64,000 nt of DNA from an uncultured Candidatus Saccharibacteria bacterium. Its GTDB lineage: Bacteria; Patescibacteriota; Saccharimonadia; CAILAD01; BJGX01. The notes beneath the pieces were generated by a model. It was not told the origin of the DNA. It did no database searches and was given only the letters and a program-made list of their open reading frames with translations. Every line of letters starts with the position of its first letter. The first letter of the stretch is position 1. Where the stretch lies: positions 10,645 through 74,644 of the forward strand of contig CAYRNO010000001.1 in NCBI GenBank assembly GCA_964425715.1, given 5' to 3'. Shown piece after piece: positions 1 to 9,896 of this stretch. The position numbers were made by a program, and so were the translations under genes.

Positions 1-29
1 CATCACAAACATATGACTCAGTAATTAGA

Positions 30-479
30 ATGGGAGAATTATCTATGGCAAAAGAAGTATTATTTAGAGTCGGCACAGGAGGTATTATCATAAATAGTAA
101 AGACCAGATTCTTTTAGGTTTGCGTGGCTCAAAGGCTCGTGATCAACATTACAAGTGGGAGTTGCTAGGAGGGCTACTCAAAGACGGTGAGACTCCAGAA
201 GAAACTATCAAGAGAGAAGTTTTAGAAGAAGCGGGAATCAATATTGAACCCATAGACATTATTGGAACAAATGTGCGTTATGGTACTGATAATAATGAGT
301 TTTGGGTAGGCATGACTTACAAGTGTAAATATATTTCAGGAAAACCTCATGTCACTAAGTTCGATAGAGTGATAGATCATAAATGGTTGAGCTTAGAAGA
401 ATGCCTCAAGATGGATCTTACTCCTATGACACGCTATCAATTAGATCAATACAAAAGTTGGCTTAGTAGAAATTCCTAG
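30..479 (+). CDS. NUDIX hydrolase
   Basis: Nudix box GGLLKDGETPEETIKREVLEEAGI. Confidence 0.9.
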   Translation: MGELSMAKEVLFRVGTGGIIINSKDQILLGLRGSKARDQHYKWELLGGLLKDGETPEETIKREVLEEAGINIEPIDIIGTNVRYGTDNNEFWVGMTYKCKYISGKPHVTKFDRVIDHKWLSLEECLKMDLTPMTRYQLDQYKSWLSRNS

Positions 480-1279
480 GCTTTTTTATCTATAATCGGC
501 TCGATTTTATCGACTTGACTTAATAATTGTTCATTAGAATATTTATTTCTATCAATTTTTTTCCATCCAGAATCTGTATCTTTCATCCATGGACAAACGC
601 TTCTTACCCAGCCCAAGTAATGAGTGTTGTTTTTGCCATTTGGGTCGGTCTTGGAATAATGCAATACTTGGGTGTTATATATCTTCATGCTTGGATCTTT
701 GTCAGCTGCGATCCATTGCTCATCATTTAGATATTCTAGTTCGGCCCGCATTGCCCACATAAATTCTCCATGAGTTACTACTATTACTCGTTTGTCCGCA
801 CACTCCCGGTGAAGGGTATCAAAAAAACTCCTTACCCTCATGCGCACGTCGGCGATGGATTCACCGCCTGGAGGTCTCCAGTACAGTGCATCTATCTCTT
901 TACGGAGGGCATTATGAGGAAATATCTTCTTGAATTCAGTCAATGGGATAGCGTCTATGTCACCCCAGTCGCGTTCTCTCAAACGCTGGGATATTCGCCA
1001 TTCTGCACCCTCTATATTTAGTAGTCCCGCAGTTTCTCTGGTGCGAATATATGGTGATACATAGTATCTATCAAATTCTTTTGCTAATTCTGTTGATATC
1101 CACTCACCAGTCTTAGTAGCCTGAACCCTGCCATCATCAGTCAAGCGCCATTGATGTCCAGGTCGCTCTCTAAATTCTGGAGTATAGAAGCTATTATCTC
1201 CGAGCTTGGCGGTTTCAACCGCTAGATTACCTTCGGAGTGCCCGTGTCTTACCAGTATTAAGTCTTTTGGCATTGCCAT
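476..1279 (-). CDS. Histidine phosphatase (phosphoglycerate mutase superfamily)
   Basis: LVRHG motif, SPYIRTRET, LRERDWG, PPGGES, VVTHG. Confidence 0.9.
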   Translation of the reverse strand: MAMPKDLILVRHGHSEGNLAVETAKLGDNSFYTPEFRERPGHQWRLTDDGRVQATKTGEWISTELAKEFDRYYVSPYIRTRETAGLLNIEGAEWRISQRLRERDWGDIDAIPLTEFKKIFPHNALRKEIDALYWRPPGGESIADVRMRVRSFFDTLHRECADKRVIVVTHGEFMWAMRAELEYLNDEQWIAADKDPSMKIYNTQVLHYSKTDPNGKNNTHYLGWVRSVCPWMKDTDSGWKKIDRNKYSNEQLLSQVDKIEPIIDKKA

Positions 1280-1341
1280 AGCTTTATTATACCAAAGATA
1301 TCTTCTGTACTAATCAGCTATATCTTGTACAATTGAAATAC

Positions 1342-1417
1342 GCCCTGGTAGCTCAGTGGATAGAGCGCCGCCGTCCTAAGGCGGGCGTCGGGGGTTCGAA
1401 TCCCTCCCAGGGTACCA
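1342..1417 (+). tRNA. tRNA-Arg(CCT)
   Basis: Cloverleaf: acceptor GCCCTGG/CCAGGGT, anticodon arm CCGCC-GT CCT AA-GGCGG, GTTCGAATC T-loop, encoded CCA. Confidence 0.95.
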
Positions 1418-1476
1418 ACTTCAATTATGATTTGTAGTAGAAACTTTAGACACAACTGGTATACAATAGTAGCTAT

Positions 1477-2016
1477 ATGACAAAGAAGACCAAAAAACAT
1501 CGTGCCAAAAGTCGAGCCTTTGCTGGTCAACAAGAAGGTGAAGAAGTAATATTGGTAGCACGCAGATTTCCGATAGTTCTGCGCAGGCAGCTCATAGTTG
1601 GTATGCTGATGATAGTAGTATTTATGTTGCCCTGGGCTATCGCTACAGGCAATGACTACGGGTGGCTGATATACGCAAATTGGTTTCTATTGCTCGGTGT
1701 ACTTGTGCTTGGGTTTTATTGGTTGAGAACTTGGGTTAGTTGGTATTACACAGTATATGTACTTACAAGCTATAGGATAATGATTGTAAAGACTACTGGG
1801 TTTTTTGGCAGAGAAGTTAGTGAACTTGCACTTTCGAATGTCCAGAATGTCAACTACAAGATTAAGGGTATGCAAGCTTCTGTATTTGGATTTGGAGATG
1901 TGGTTGTGGAGACATTATCAGGTGGTGAACCCCTTCAGCTCAACTATATACATAAGCCTGTTCAATTTCAGCAGGCAGTACTTGAAGTAGTACGTCGAGA
2001 AGGCTTGGACAAATAA
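1477..2016 (+). CDS. Membrane protein with bacterial PH (bPH) domain
   Basis: Two TM segments followed by the YVLTSYRIMIVKTTGFFGREVSELALSNVQNV...FGFGDVVVET pattern. Confidence 0.75.
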   Translation: MTKKTKKHRAKSRAFAGQQEGEEVILVARRFPIVLRRQLIVGMLMIVVFMLPWAIATGNDYGWLIYANWFLLLGVLVLGFYWLRTWVSWYYTVYVLTSYRIMIVKTTGFFGREVSELALSNVQNVNYKIKGMQASVFGFGDVVVETLSGGEPLQLNYIHKPVQFQQAVLEVVRREGLDK

Positions 2017-2075
2017 CATTTCAGTGTGTATCATATGTATAAGTCGAAATAAATTACGGAGTAAATAAAACTATT

Positions 2076-3158
2076 ATGCCCAAGGATCCAGACATCAAAA
2101 CGTCAAAGAGTAAATCGAAAACTAAATCAACTAAAACATCTAGTAGCACCAAGAAGACTAGTCATCTGGCTAGAAAAGGCGCCAGTGCCAAAGCTGCAAT
2201 CTCCCAAAAAAGCCTTTCTTTCAAGCAAAAGCTTTCAAAACTGGGTGTAGATCCCAAGAAGAATAAAAAAACCATTCGCAATGTTGGCATAATTGCTCTG
2301 GTTGCTTTATTAGTTACTATTACTGTATTCGGAGTACTAATTTACAAATATAAGGTTGCAAATAGAGCAGTCAAGATCGCCAGTAAGGTAGTGCCTTATC
2401 CAGTATCTAGTGTCAATGGCAATATTATATGGAATACCACTAGTTACAATGATTATCTGTTCGAATTAGCCTCAGCTCAAAAATATTTTGCTTCACAAAA
2501 TCAAGACTTCAACTCAGAAGAGGGTAAGAAACAACTTCAACAATTCAAAGAAGAGTTAATCACTCAGCTTGAAAATGAGTTGATAGTCAAACAACAAGCT
2601 GCTAAATATGGCATCAATGTCTCCGGCAAGGAAGTAAATGAGAAATTTGACCAACTAGTCAAGGATGCGGGTGGAATTGACCAAGTAAAAAGAACTCTCG
2701 ACAAGCTATATGGATGGTCAACAGATGACTTCAAGAACAAAATTAGAGAGCAATTAGTACGACAGAAGTTGGCCGACAAGGTTCTAGCCGATCCAGCCCT
2801 AACAGAACCTGCCAAGAAACAAGCTGAGTCAATACTAGCTCAGATTCAAGCTGGTGGAGATTTTGCTACTCTAGCCAAGCAATATAGTACAGACGGAAGT
2901 GCTGCCAATGGTGGTGATTTAGGATTGTTTGGTAAGGGTCAATTGGTGCCAGAATTTGAAGCTGCTGCGTATGCATTGGAGCCAGGTCAAGTAAGCGGAG
3001 TAGTGAAGACACAATATGGCTATCACATCATAAAAGTCACAGAGAAAAATGGAGATCAGGTGCGAGCCTCTCATATTCTTATCAAAGGTGTAGATTTTGA
3101 AAGTTGGCTACGTGATCAACGCAACCAAGCCAAGATTGTTCAGTACTTCCAGCCCTAG
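2076..3158 (+). CDS. PrsA/SurA-type parvulin peptidyl-prolyl isomerase, membrane anchored
   Basis: TM helix, SurA-N-like region, rotamase motif [22 protein letters not shown]...FEAAAYAL...YGYHII. Confidence 0.9.
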   Translation: MPKDPDIKTSKSKSKTKSTKTSSSTKKTSHLARKGASAKAAISQKSLSFKQKLSKLGVDPKKNKKTIRNVGIIALVALLVTITVFGVLIYKYKVANRAVKIASKVVPYPVSSVNGNIIWNTTSYNDYLFELASAQKYFASQNQDFNSEEGKKQLQQFKEELITQLENELIVKQQAAKYGINVSGKEVNEKFDQLVKDAGGIDQVKRTLDKLYGWSTDDFKNKIREQLVRQKLADKVLADPALTEPAKKQAESILAQIQAGGDFATLAKQYSTDGSAANGGDLGLFGKGQLVPEFEAAAYALEPGQVSGVVKTQYGYHIIKVTEKNGDQVRASHILIKGVDFESWLRDQRNQAKIVQYFQP

Positions 3159-3256
3159 ACCAACATCAGATCCGTTCAAAATCACTCGTTTATAGGCGAG
3201 TGATTTTGTTTAAGATTAATACTTATGCTAAACTACAATTATTAAGAGGCTGAATA

Positions 3257-3334
3257 ATGTTAATAAACAACAAACACACTACATGGTCATCATTCCAAAA
3301 AAGCCTAGAAACTGCGCAGGAAGGTAGTTTTTAA
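3257..3334 (+). CDS. Putative 25-aa leader peptide MLINNKHTTWSSFQKSLETAQEGSF
   Basis: Extended -10 (TGCTAAACT) and GAGG SD upstream; 3' end overlaps alternative hairpins. Confidence 0.5.
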   Translation: MLINNKHTTWSSFQKSLETAQEGSF

Positions 3335-3393
3335 GCTTATTTATTAGAATTCACATATCATATCTCAAAGACTGCCTTCTCGGGCAGTTTTTT
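3301..3393 (+). promoter_or_regulatory. Putative transcription attenuator (1:2, 2:3, 3:4 hairpins)
   Basis: 3320-3332 can pair with either 3301-3315 or 3367-3379; 3371-3388 stem plus U tract is an intrinsic terminator. Confidence 0.6.
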
Positions 3394-3440
3394 GATTATA
3401 GCCTGAGAGTACCTATACATTCCAAACAAAGGAGCATATC

Positions 3441-3926
3441 ATGCAAGATTTTTCTTACGTGGGCAGGTGCCCTTACGACAACACAGCGGTTGATTCTACC
3501 GAAGGCTGGAATGGTCAGATGTGGTTTTGCCAGAAAGGCCATGAGTGGCAGGATTATAGTGACATTGCGGTACAAAGTAGATGTGAAGGAACATTTAAGT
3601 ATGGTATCAATCAAGATCTACAGCACTCCATATGCCAATGGTGTGGCCAAATAGTGGAGCACATACCATTTTTCCACTTTGAATACGCAGGGCTTATGAA
3701 ATATCACGAGATGAGCCAGCCGTCTACTTGTGGACTAGAGATGGGTGAATGGTTTCATGTCAGCGAGCACCGCGAAATGATAGATGTAGAGTGTGACGGC
3801 TGCTATCGTTCGTTTGAACAGGGTCAGATAGGCGAGGTAGTTGTAGATCGATTGAGTCATCTAGGATACAAGATACATTGTGGTTGCTGGACTAAATTAG
3901 TCCGAAACATCGATAGGAGAACCTGA
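3441..3926 (+). CDS. Cys/His-rich hypothetical protein
   Basis: AAGGAG SD; several CxxC/CxxxH pairs; stop overlaps the next start (TGATG). Confidence 0.65.
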   Translation: MQDFSYVGRCPYDNTAVDSTEGWNGQMWFCQKGHEWQDYSDIAVQSRCEGTFKYGINQDLQHSICQWCGQIVEHIPFFHFEYAGLMKYHEMSQPSTCGLEMGEWFHVSEHREMIDVECDGCYRSFEQGQIGEVVVDRLSHLGYKIHCGCWTKLVRNIDRRT

Positions 3927-4561
3927 TGGAAATCTTCTTACCTACATTTGGTCCCGAGAACATGGTTAAAGATACTATCAAGCTTGGCTATAGCTTTGAC
4001 ACTCAAGTACTTACCAGGGCATTCTACCTAGATTTGGCTAAAGAAGTATCTGGTGGGCCTTTTGAAGAATTCTTGGATGTATCACTAGGTGTATACCAGA
4101 AGTTTGCTGTTTTCTCACCAGACTATTTCAGCCCTGATACTCGCAATAGGTTTCCACTGCTTAGGGAGTTGGGAGATGCTATTGGCGCTATTGTACGCTC
4201 AAATGCAGCTCAGAATGTACCTCTTCGTAGCTGGCAGCCCAATGATGTTGCTGTGCAGAAGTATTCAGGCAGATACGACGGTATAGGCAGACACCGTGAT
4301 TTCGCTAGTGATATACATCTCGTAGCATCTTTTACGGTGAAGGGGACTGGTGAGATAGGTATACATGACAGACGAGAAGATCCTAACGCAAGCAAGTTTA
4401 TTCAAACTTCTCCCGGAAGCTTATTGCTTCTTAGAGCTCCTGGATTGGTGGAGTCAGATGAAGATCTGCGCATTACTCACTCGGTAAGATCCCCGTATTC
4501 TTCACCTAGAATATCAGTTACTTATCGTCTTGCGACGCTGTTGGGGCTGAAAGGAGCATAA
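3926..4561 (+). CDS. 2OG-Fe(II) dioxygenase, AlkB-like
   Basis: HRD...H iron triad, PGSLLLL, terminal RISVTYR. Confidence 0.8.
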   Translation: MEIFLPTFGPENMVKDTIKLGYSFDTQVLTRAFYLDLAKEVSGGPFEEFLDVSLGVYQKFAVFSPDYFSPDTRNRFPLLRELGDAIGAIVRSNAAQNVPLRSWQPNDVAVQKYSGRYDGIGRHRDFASDIHLVASFTVKGTGEIGIHDRREDPNASKFIQTSPGSLLLLRAPGLVESDEDLRITHSVRSPYSSPRISVTYRLATLLGLKGA

Positions 4562-4726
4562 AAAGAATAAATAATGTATACAGTATAGGCGATTTAGAAT
4601 ATGCCTCTAATAAAGCAAATATTGTAATGTTGGTTTCACAGATCTAAATACAGACTCTAGATACTACTAGGGTCTGTTTTCTTGTATATTTGTCAATATT
4701 TTGCTAAGATTATCTGGTTAGCGCAT

Positions 4727-4803
4727 GGGCTCGTGGTGTAGAGGCCTAACACGCCTCCCTGTCACGGAGGAGATCGCCGGTTCAAATCCGGTCGGGCCCG
4801 CCA
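4727..4803 (+). tRNA. tRNA-Asp(GTC)
   Basis: Cloverleaf, anticodon loop CT GTC AC, encoded CCA. Confidence 0.97.
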
Positions 4804-5051
4804 AAGAAAGTGCCTCAGCAAAGCTGGGGTATTTTCTTTGGTAGATGCTATTAGTATTGAACTGGCATAGATCACAGCTCGCCGGTTAGACATAAACATA
4901 GTATTATGTCACTATCCGGTACGAGCCAATTAAAATCCAAAAGATTAGATGTAGTTTTCAGTTATCCTTGATAGAAGTATCATCTTGCCCATGCTTTTAT
5001 ATTCTCGCGTTTAGTGTTTAAATATAAGCTGTTAATGCACCTAAAGGAGGC

Positions 5052-5582
5052 GTGATGAAGGTAAAACCAGTAGTACCTACCTGGATGGTATCGGAGGCCA
5101 ACAAGATTTTCTTCGAAATGCTCTGGAACCATGGATACAGAGGTATCCTTTGGGACCTCGAACGGACTCTGATACCACTTGGTTACAGAAGTATGACAGA
5201 ATATGCATTGCAGGTAGTGGAAATGGCAAGATCAGCAGGATTCGTACAGACTTGCTGTACTAATTCCGAATATCCATATGGAAATGATGTTCTCCGGCAT
5301 TTCTGTCACCACTTAGCTCAGCCGGATTCCGATAACGGCATTCTCAAGAAGCCCGATCCCTCCATATTCCTTCTGGGTTGCGAGATTCTCGACCTAGAGC
5401 CTGAGAAAGTCGTGATGGTGGGTGACAAGCTGCTATTCGATACCAGCCCAGCTGCTGCTCTTGGTATGGGTACAGTATTGGTCAATCCGCTTCCTGGTCA
5501 TGATGTGTGGGCCGAATATCTGGCGTTTCGTCGTACTCGAGAGCGCATGGCGCTCAGGCAACTTGGTATCAAAAGACCATAA
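5052..5582 (+). CDS. HAD superfamily phosphatase, YqeG-like
   Basis: WDLERTL (motif I variant), KKPDP, VMVGDKLLFD; AAGGAGG SD. Confidence 0.8.
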   Translation: MMKVKPVVPTWMVSEANKIFFEMLWNHGYRGILWDLERTLIPLGYRSMTEYALQVVEMARSAGFVQTCCTNSEYPYGNDVLRHFCHHLAQPDSDNGILKKPDPSIFLLGCEILDLEPEKVVMVGDKLLFDTSPAAALGMGTVLVNPLPGHDVWAEYLAFRRTRERMALRQLGIKRP

Positions 5583-5833
5583 TATAAATATCGTTACATT
5601 GAGCCCCAGATAAGCCTAATCTATCTGGGGTTAAATTATTTACAAACACAAGCGTGTTGTTGACATTTATGAATATTTTTGCTAATATAGGGTTAACTTC
5701 TAGAGATGGAGTTCAGAAGTATGTAAACTTCCTACAAGAAGTGTGCAGCTTGGAGGGTGTTTATATCTTTTTGTAGTCAATACAAAAAGAAAAACTAAAA
5801 TTTAATAAAAATAAAAACAAAAGGAGGGCAACC

Positions 5834-6079
5834 ATGCAAGTTGCAATGTTAACATATTATCAAGTCACCAGACCACGTAAGGTAAAGGTGAGGGTGGTAA
5901 AGGCTCATGAACATGTGCCTTATTTGGGTAGTGAAAATGTAATTGATATAAGAGCTTTATCTCAGCAAGGCAAGTCTAGATTTGGGAGATCATTCTTCTT
6001 AAGTCCTAATGAGAGAAAAATCACCGAATACGAAGCTTGGCAAAAGCTATCCAAGAGACTCAAAAAACGCATAGTCTAA
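5834..6079 (+). CDS. Small basic hypothetical protein
   Basis: Strong SD AAGGAGG, upstream TTGACA-17-TAATAT promoter, downstream hairpin. Confidence 0.65.
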   Translation: MQVAMLTYYQVTRPRKVKVRVVKAHEHVPYLGSENVIDIRALSQQGKSRFGRSFFLSPNERKITEYEAWQKLSKRLKKRIV

Positions 6080-6229
6080 TATTTTAACAGGTAGTACATG
6101 CTAAAATAAAAGTGGTCATAAATAGACCGCTTTTGTTTTAGTAAATTGAATCTAATTCACAAATATGTTATTGAGGCTCTGAAAATTCTTACTTTAGAGC
6201 CTAATAAGCTCGAATGCGCATGTCGAAGC

Positions 6230-6305
6230 GCCACCTTAGCTCAGTTGGTAGAGCGATGCTTTCGTAAAGCATAGGTCATCGGTTCGATCCCGGTAGGTGG
6301 CTCCA
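6230..6305 (+). tRNA. tRNA-Thr(CGT)
   Basis: Cloverleaf, ATGCT-TT CGT AA-AGCAT, 3' end TCCA (U73). Confidence 0.97.
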
Positions 6306-6365
6306 ATAAGATATCTTCAGCTATTAAATATATCTAATTCTAAGAGTATAATAGATACAACACTT

Positions 6366-6752
6366 ATGAATATTTTTAAAAAACTTAGTAAAGACTTAAA
6401 AGATCAGAATTTCTTCAAAGATAGTTGGTTGGTAGTGTTGCTTATCGCAACCTTGTTGGGTGATGCATTTATTATCATATGGTCAGCTACGCATATAAAA
6501 AATATAGGTATTGATATACCAATAAGATTTACTTCACTTTCAAACTTTGATCAGTTAGGTGCGTGGTATAGTTTGTATGAAATAGCGATTATTAGTATGA
6601 TAGTCACTCTTATAAACCTTTTTTTAGCCATTATTTTGCACAAGAAGAACAGAATACTCAGTATCTTTTTGACTGTTACAACACTTATGATAGTGATCCT
6701 TGCTATAGCAATATTACTAGGATTTACGGTGATAAAATATGGCGCAAACTAA
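6366..6752 (+). CDS. Conserved membrane protein, 3 TM (start moved to ATG 6366 to avoid tRNA overlap)
   Basis: Hydrophobic segments; overlaps the GT2 start. Confidence 0.7.
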   Translation: MNIFKKLSKDLKDQNFFKDSWLVVLLIATLLGDAFIIIWSATHIKNIGIDIPIRFTSLSNFDQLGAWYSLYEIAIISMIVTLINLFLAIILHKKNRILSIFLTVTTLMIVILAIAILLGFTVIKYGAN

Positions 6753-8403
6753 TACAGAAACATTAAATACAGCTACGAGCTATGTTGATTCAAGATGGTT
6801 TTATAGACTACTAGAGATTATCCCAGGTTCTCTTACTTGGTTACTCTTATTAGCTCCAATCATTTTGAGTTTTTTCTATCCTGTTGCAGTAGCTTACTTC
6901 ATAATTGCTTTTGATATATTCTGGTTGCTCAAGTCAATCAGGATGAGCTTCTCCTTGGTAAGGGGTCATCAAAAGAGTCAAGAGACAGAATCTATCAATT
7001 GGAGTAATAGGCTACTGGAGCTATCAAATATCGAAAGTTCACTAAAAAGTACCACTAAACATTTGGACATGGCCATCAACAGAAAAGCACCAAGGTCGTA
7101 CATTAAAAGCCTCAAGAAGGAAGTAGATAGACTACAGCTACTTGCTGATCATCAAACTATATTATTTGATCCCAGCAGGATTACGCATTGTATCATTATG
7201 CCTTTGTATAATGAGTCGATTGAAGTCATCAGACCCGCCATAGATGCTTTAGCCAAATCAGATTATGATCCCAAGAAGATACTATTTGTTTTTTCCTATG
7301 AACAAAGAGGCGGTGCATCATCTAAGGCAACAGCTATGCAATTGGAAAAAGAATTTAAACATAGCTTTGGTGAGTACGTTACCTATATGCACCCGGATGG
7401 CATAGTCGGTGAACTGAAGGGAAAAGGGGCAAATATTAGCTTTGCTGGCAGAAAAATTCTTCAAAGTATCAAGAAACGAGGTATTCCGACTCAAGATGTG
7501 GTTGTAACCACTCTAGACTGTGATCATAGGGTACACCCCGAATACTTAAGTCGTCTTACATATGCATACTGCACAAACCCCAATCGTAGGCATAGTTCAT
7601 TCCAGCCACTGGCATTGTTTAACAACAACATCTGGGACGTTCCGGCTCCTATGAGGGTAATTGCCACAAGTAATTCATTTTGGGTAATGATAGAAAGCGT
7701 AAGACAAGGTAGACTGCGGAATTTCGCTTCACATGCCCAAAGTCTAGATGCGTTGGAGGACACAGATTTCTGGTCTATAACTAGCCCAGTAGAAGACGGG
7801 CACCAATTTTATCGTAGTTATTTTGCTTTTAATGGAGATTACATGGTAGAACCATTGTTCATACCGATATATCAAGATGCTGTATTGGCAGGAACTTACC
7901 CTAGAACATTTACGGCTCAATTCAAACAACTTCAGCGATGGGCATATGGAATAAGTGACTTTCCTTATGTAGTGAAAAATTCTATCAAGAACAAAGAAAT
8001 ACCCTTAGGTAACAAGTTGATACAGATTGGCCGATTGCTAGAAGGCCATATCAGCTGGTCTACAGCACCTTTGATACTAACTTTTGCGGCATGGGCGCCA
8101 CTGTATCTCAATGTATCTTTCAATAAACAAGCTTTGGCTCACCAACTTCCGATAGTCGCATCCAATATTTTGACATTGGCTACCGTTGGATTGTTTGTGA
8201 CTATATGGATTAGTTTTATAATGTTGCCAAAGCGACCACCTCATCATGGAAGATACAAGATAATATTTATGATCTTGCAGTGGGTGCTTGTTCCAATTAC
8301 GGCTATAGAATTTGGAGCATTTGCAGCGATAAGTGCACAGACTAGACTGATGCTTGGTAAGTATCTCGGATTTACTGTAACTGAAAAGGCTGTCAAGAAA
8401 TGA
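6739..8403 (+). CDS. Membrane glycosyltransferase family 2
   Basis: IMPLYNES, KGKGAN, TTLDCD, VED, QLQRWAYG (QxxRW) motifs. Confidence 0.9.
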   Translation: MAQTNTETLNTATSYVDSRWFYRLLEIIPGSLTWLLLLAPIILSFFYPVAVAYFIIAFDIFWLLKSIRMSFSLVRGHQKSQETESINWSNRLLELSNIESSLKSTTKHLDMAINRKAPRSYIKSLKKEVDRLQLLADHQTILFDPSRITHCIIMPLYNESIEVIRPAIDALAKSDYDPKKILFVFSYEQRGGASSKATAMQLEKEFKHSFGEYVTYMHPDGIVGELKGKGANISFAGRKILQSIKKRGIPTQDVVVTTLDCDHRVHPEYLSRLTYAYCTNPNRRHSSFQPLALFNNNIWDVPAPMRVIATSNSFWVMIESVRQGRLRNFASHAQSLDALEDTDFWSITSPVEDGHQFYRSYFAFNGDYMVEPLFIPIYQDAVLAGTYPRTFTAQFKQLQRWAYGISDFPYVVKNSIKNKEIPLGNKLIQIGRLLEGHISWSTAPLILTFAAWAPLYLNVSFNKQALAHQLPIVASNILTLATVGLFVTIWISFIMLPKRPPHHGRYKIIFMILQWVLVPITAIEFGAFAAISAQTRLMLGKYLGFTVTEKAVKK

Positions 8404-9467
8404 AATATATCATACCTGCATTTATGAGCTTTGTAATTGCAGTACTGTTAGTCCCAGTAGTAAAGAAATTCGCTTTTCATGTCGGTGCTGTAGACAAAAA
8501 GCCTGATGAGAAGAATAGTCGTAAAATACATACTAAAAATATGGCTAGGGGAGGTGGAATAGCAATATATCTAGCTTTTCTGATTACTACTCTCATTTTT
8601 TTACCTGAGCACAATCTGGGCTATTGGGGCCTTGTAGTGGCCTCCACCATAGTACTGGTGGTTGGTTTTATAGATGATATTTCACCACTCAATCCCTGGC
8701 TAAAGCTATCAGTACAAATATTTGCGGCTATATTGGCTTATAGCTTCTTCGGCATAAGAGTTGAGGCAATATCAAATCCTATGGGACAAGCAATACTTTT
8801 CGTAGACCCAGATCTTATATTCAATGTATTTAGTTATTCTATTCAGATAAATATTCTAGGACTACTACTAACAACAGTTTGGCTTGTTGGTATGACCAAT
8901 ACTATGAATTTCGTAGATGGGATAGATGGACTTTCAGGGGGTATTGCAGCAATTGCATCGATAATAATGTTCTTTTTGGCCTTAGGACTAGATATATCTC
9001 AGACTCAAACAGCTCTGATTAGTATAATACTGTTTGGGGGATGTGTTGGGTATCTATTGTACAATTTTCATCCTGCCAAGATATTCAATGGCGATTCCGG
9101 CGCATATTTTCTAGGTATGAGTCTAGGTATAATAGCTATTTTCTCAGGGGCCAAGCTCGCTACTGCTGCTCTTGTGCTTGGTGTACCTATTATAGATGCT
9201 GTATGGTCTGCAATTAGGCGAATATTGTCAGGTAAATCACCATTTACTGCAGATAGAGGTCATTTACACTTTCTCTTGCTTGATGCAGGATTTACTCAAC
9301 GACAAGCAGCATTGTTGATATATGCTATTTGTCTTATTTTTGGAGTTATTGCATTGGTAGCTTCTCCGGAGCAAAAAATTATAGCTATTTTTTGTCTCGT
9401 GCTGACTATACTCCTGCTACTTGTGTTGCTCTCAAGTGTTATCAAAAATAAACGTAGTAATAGCTAA
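8400..9467 (+). CDS. Undecaprenyl-phosphate GlcNAc-1-phosphate transferase (WecA/TagO/MraY family)
   Basis: RKIH, GFIDD, NTMNFVDGIDGL, YNFHPAKIFNGDSG, ADRGHLH. Confidence 0.9.
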   Translation: MKYIIPAFMSFVIAVLLVPVVKKFAFHVGAVDKKPDEKNSRKIHTKNMARGGGIAIYLAFLITTLIFLPEHNLGYWGLVVASTIVLVVGFIDDISPLNPWLKLSVQIFAAILAYSFFGIRVEAISNPMGQAILFVDPDLIFNVFSYSIQINILGLLLTTVWLVGMTNTMNFVDGIDGLSGGIAAIASIIMFFLALGLDISQTQTALISIILFGGCVGYLLYNFHPAKIFNGDSGAYFLGMSLGIIAIFSGAKLATAALVLGVPIIDAVWSAIRRILSGKSPFTADRGHLHFLLLDAGFTQRQAALLIYAICLIFGVIALVASPEQKIIAIFCLVLTILLLLVLLSSVIKNKRSNS

Positions 9468-9520
9468 TTGACCCTGTTGGATAACTATGCTATGATTTGT
9501 TGTAAGAGGGTATTTAAGAA

Positions 9521-9889
9521 ATGAATGGTAAGAACCTTCAAGAGTTGATTAGCAATCTCCAAATATTTTACAAATGTCCATCGTGTGGTTCTAGATACAA
9601 GCACGATGATATTACTTTTCTAGGGAGAGTCGACGAACATTGTTTTATGCAACTCAGTTGCAATGAATGTTCACTACCTATCTTAGCAACAGTGCTCTTA
9701 GGAAGTCAGTTGACCAAAAAATCCAAAGAAAAAGTTAGTAAGAGCTTTGGAGGAAAAATTCAAAAGAATGATTTGAGTAGTAAGGAGAAAAGGCATTTTT
9801 CTCAATTGTCACCCATTTCAGCTAATGAGATAGCCAATCTACACTTGTATCTTACGAATAATCAAACAGATCTTGATACTCGATTTTAA
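9521..9889 (+). CDS. Zinc-ribbon hypothetical protein
   Basis: CPSC and CNEC pairs. Confidence 0.7.
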   Translation: MNGKNLQELISNLQIFYKCPSCGSRYKHDDITFLGRVDEHCFMQLSCNECSLPILATVLLGSQLTKKSKEKVSKSFGGKIQKNDLSSKEKRHFSQLSPISANEIANLHLYLTNNQTDLDTRF

Positions 9890-9896
9890 ATAAATT

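Noticed and set aside
1318-1533. Minus-strand 71-aa ORF, plus the 6297 start and the 40559-40741 ORF
   Set aside because: Shadow translations of tRNA or tmRNA sequence
3400-5640. Integron cassette array explaining the accessory genes
   Set aside because: No integron integrase in the window and no repeated attC-like sites with paired R boxes; the flanking hairpins look like ordinary terminators
5700-5736. Fluoride-riboswitch-like GATGGAGTTC...CCTAC
   Set aside because: The GGCGAU/CGCC P1 stem and the UGAC pseudoknot strand are missing, and the downstream gene is not a recognisable fluoride-related gene
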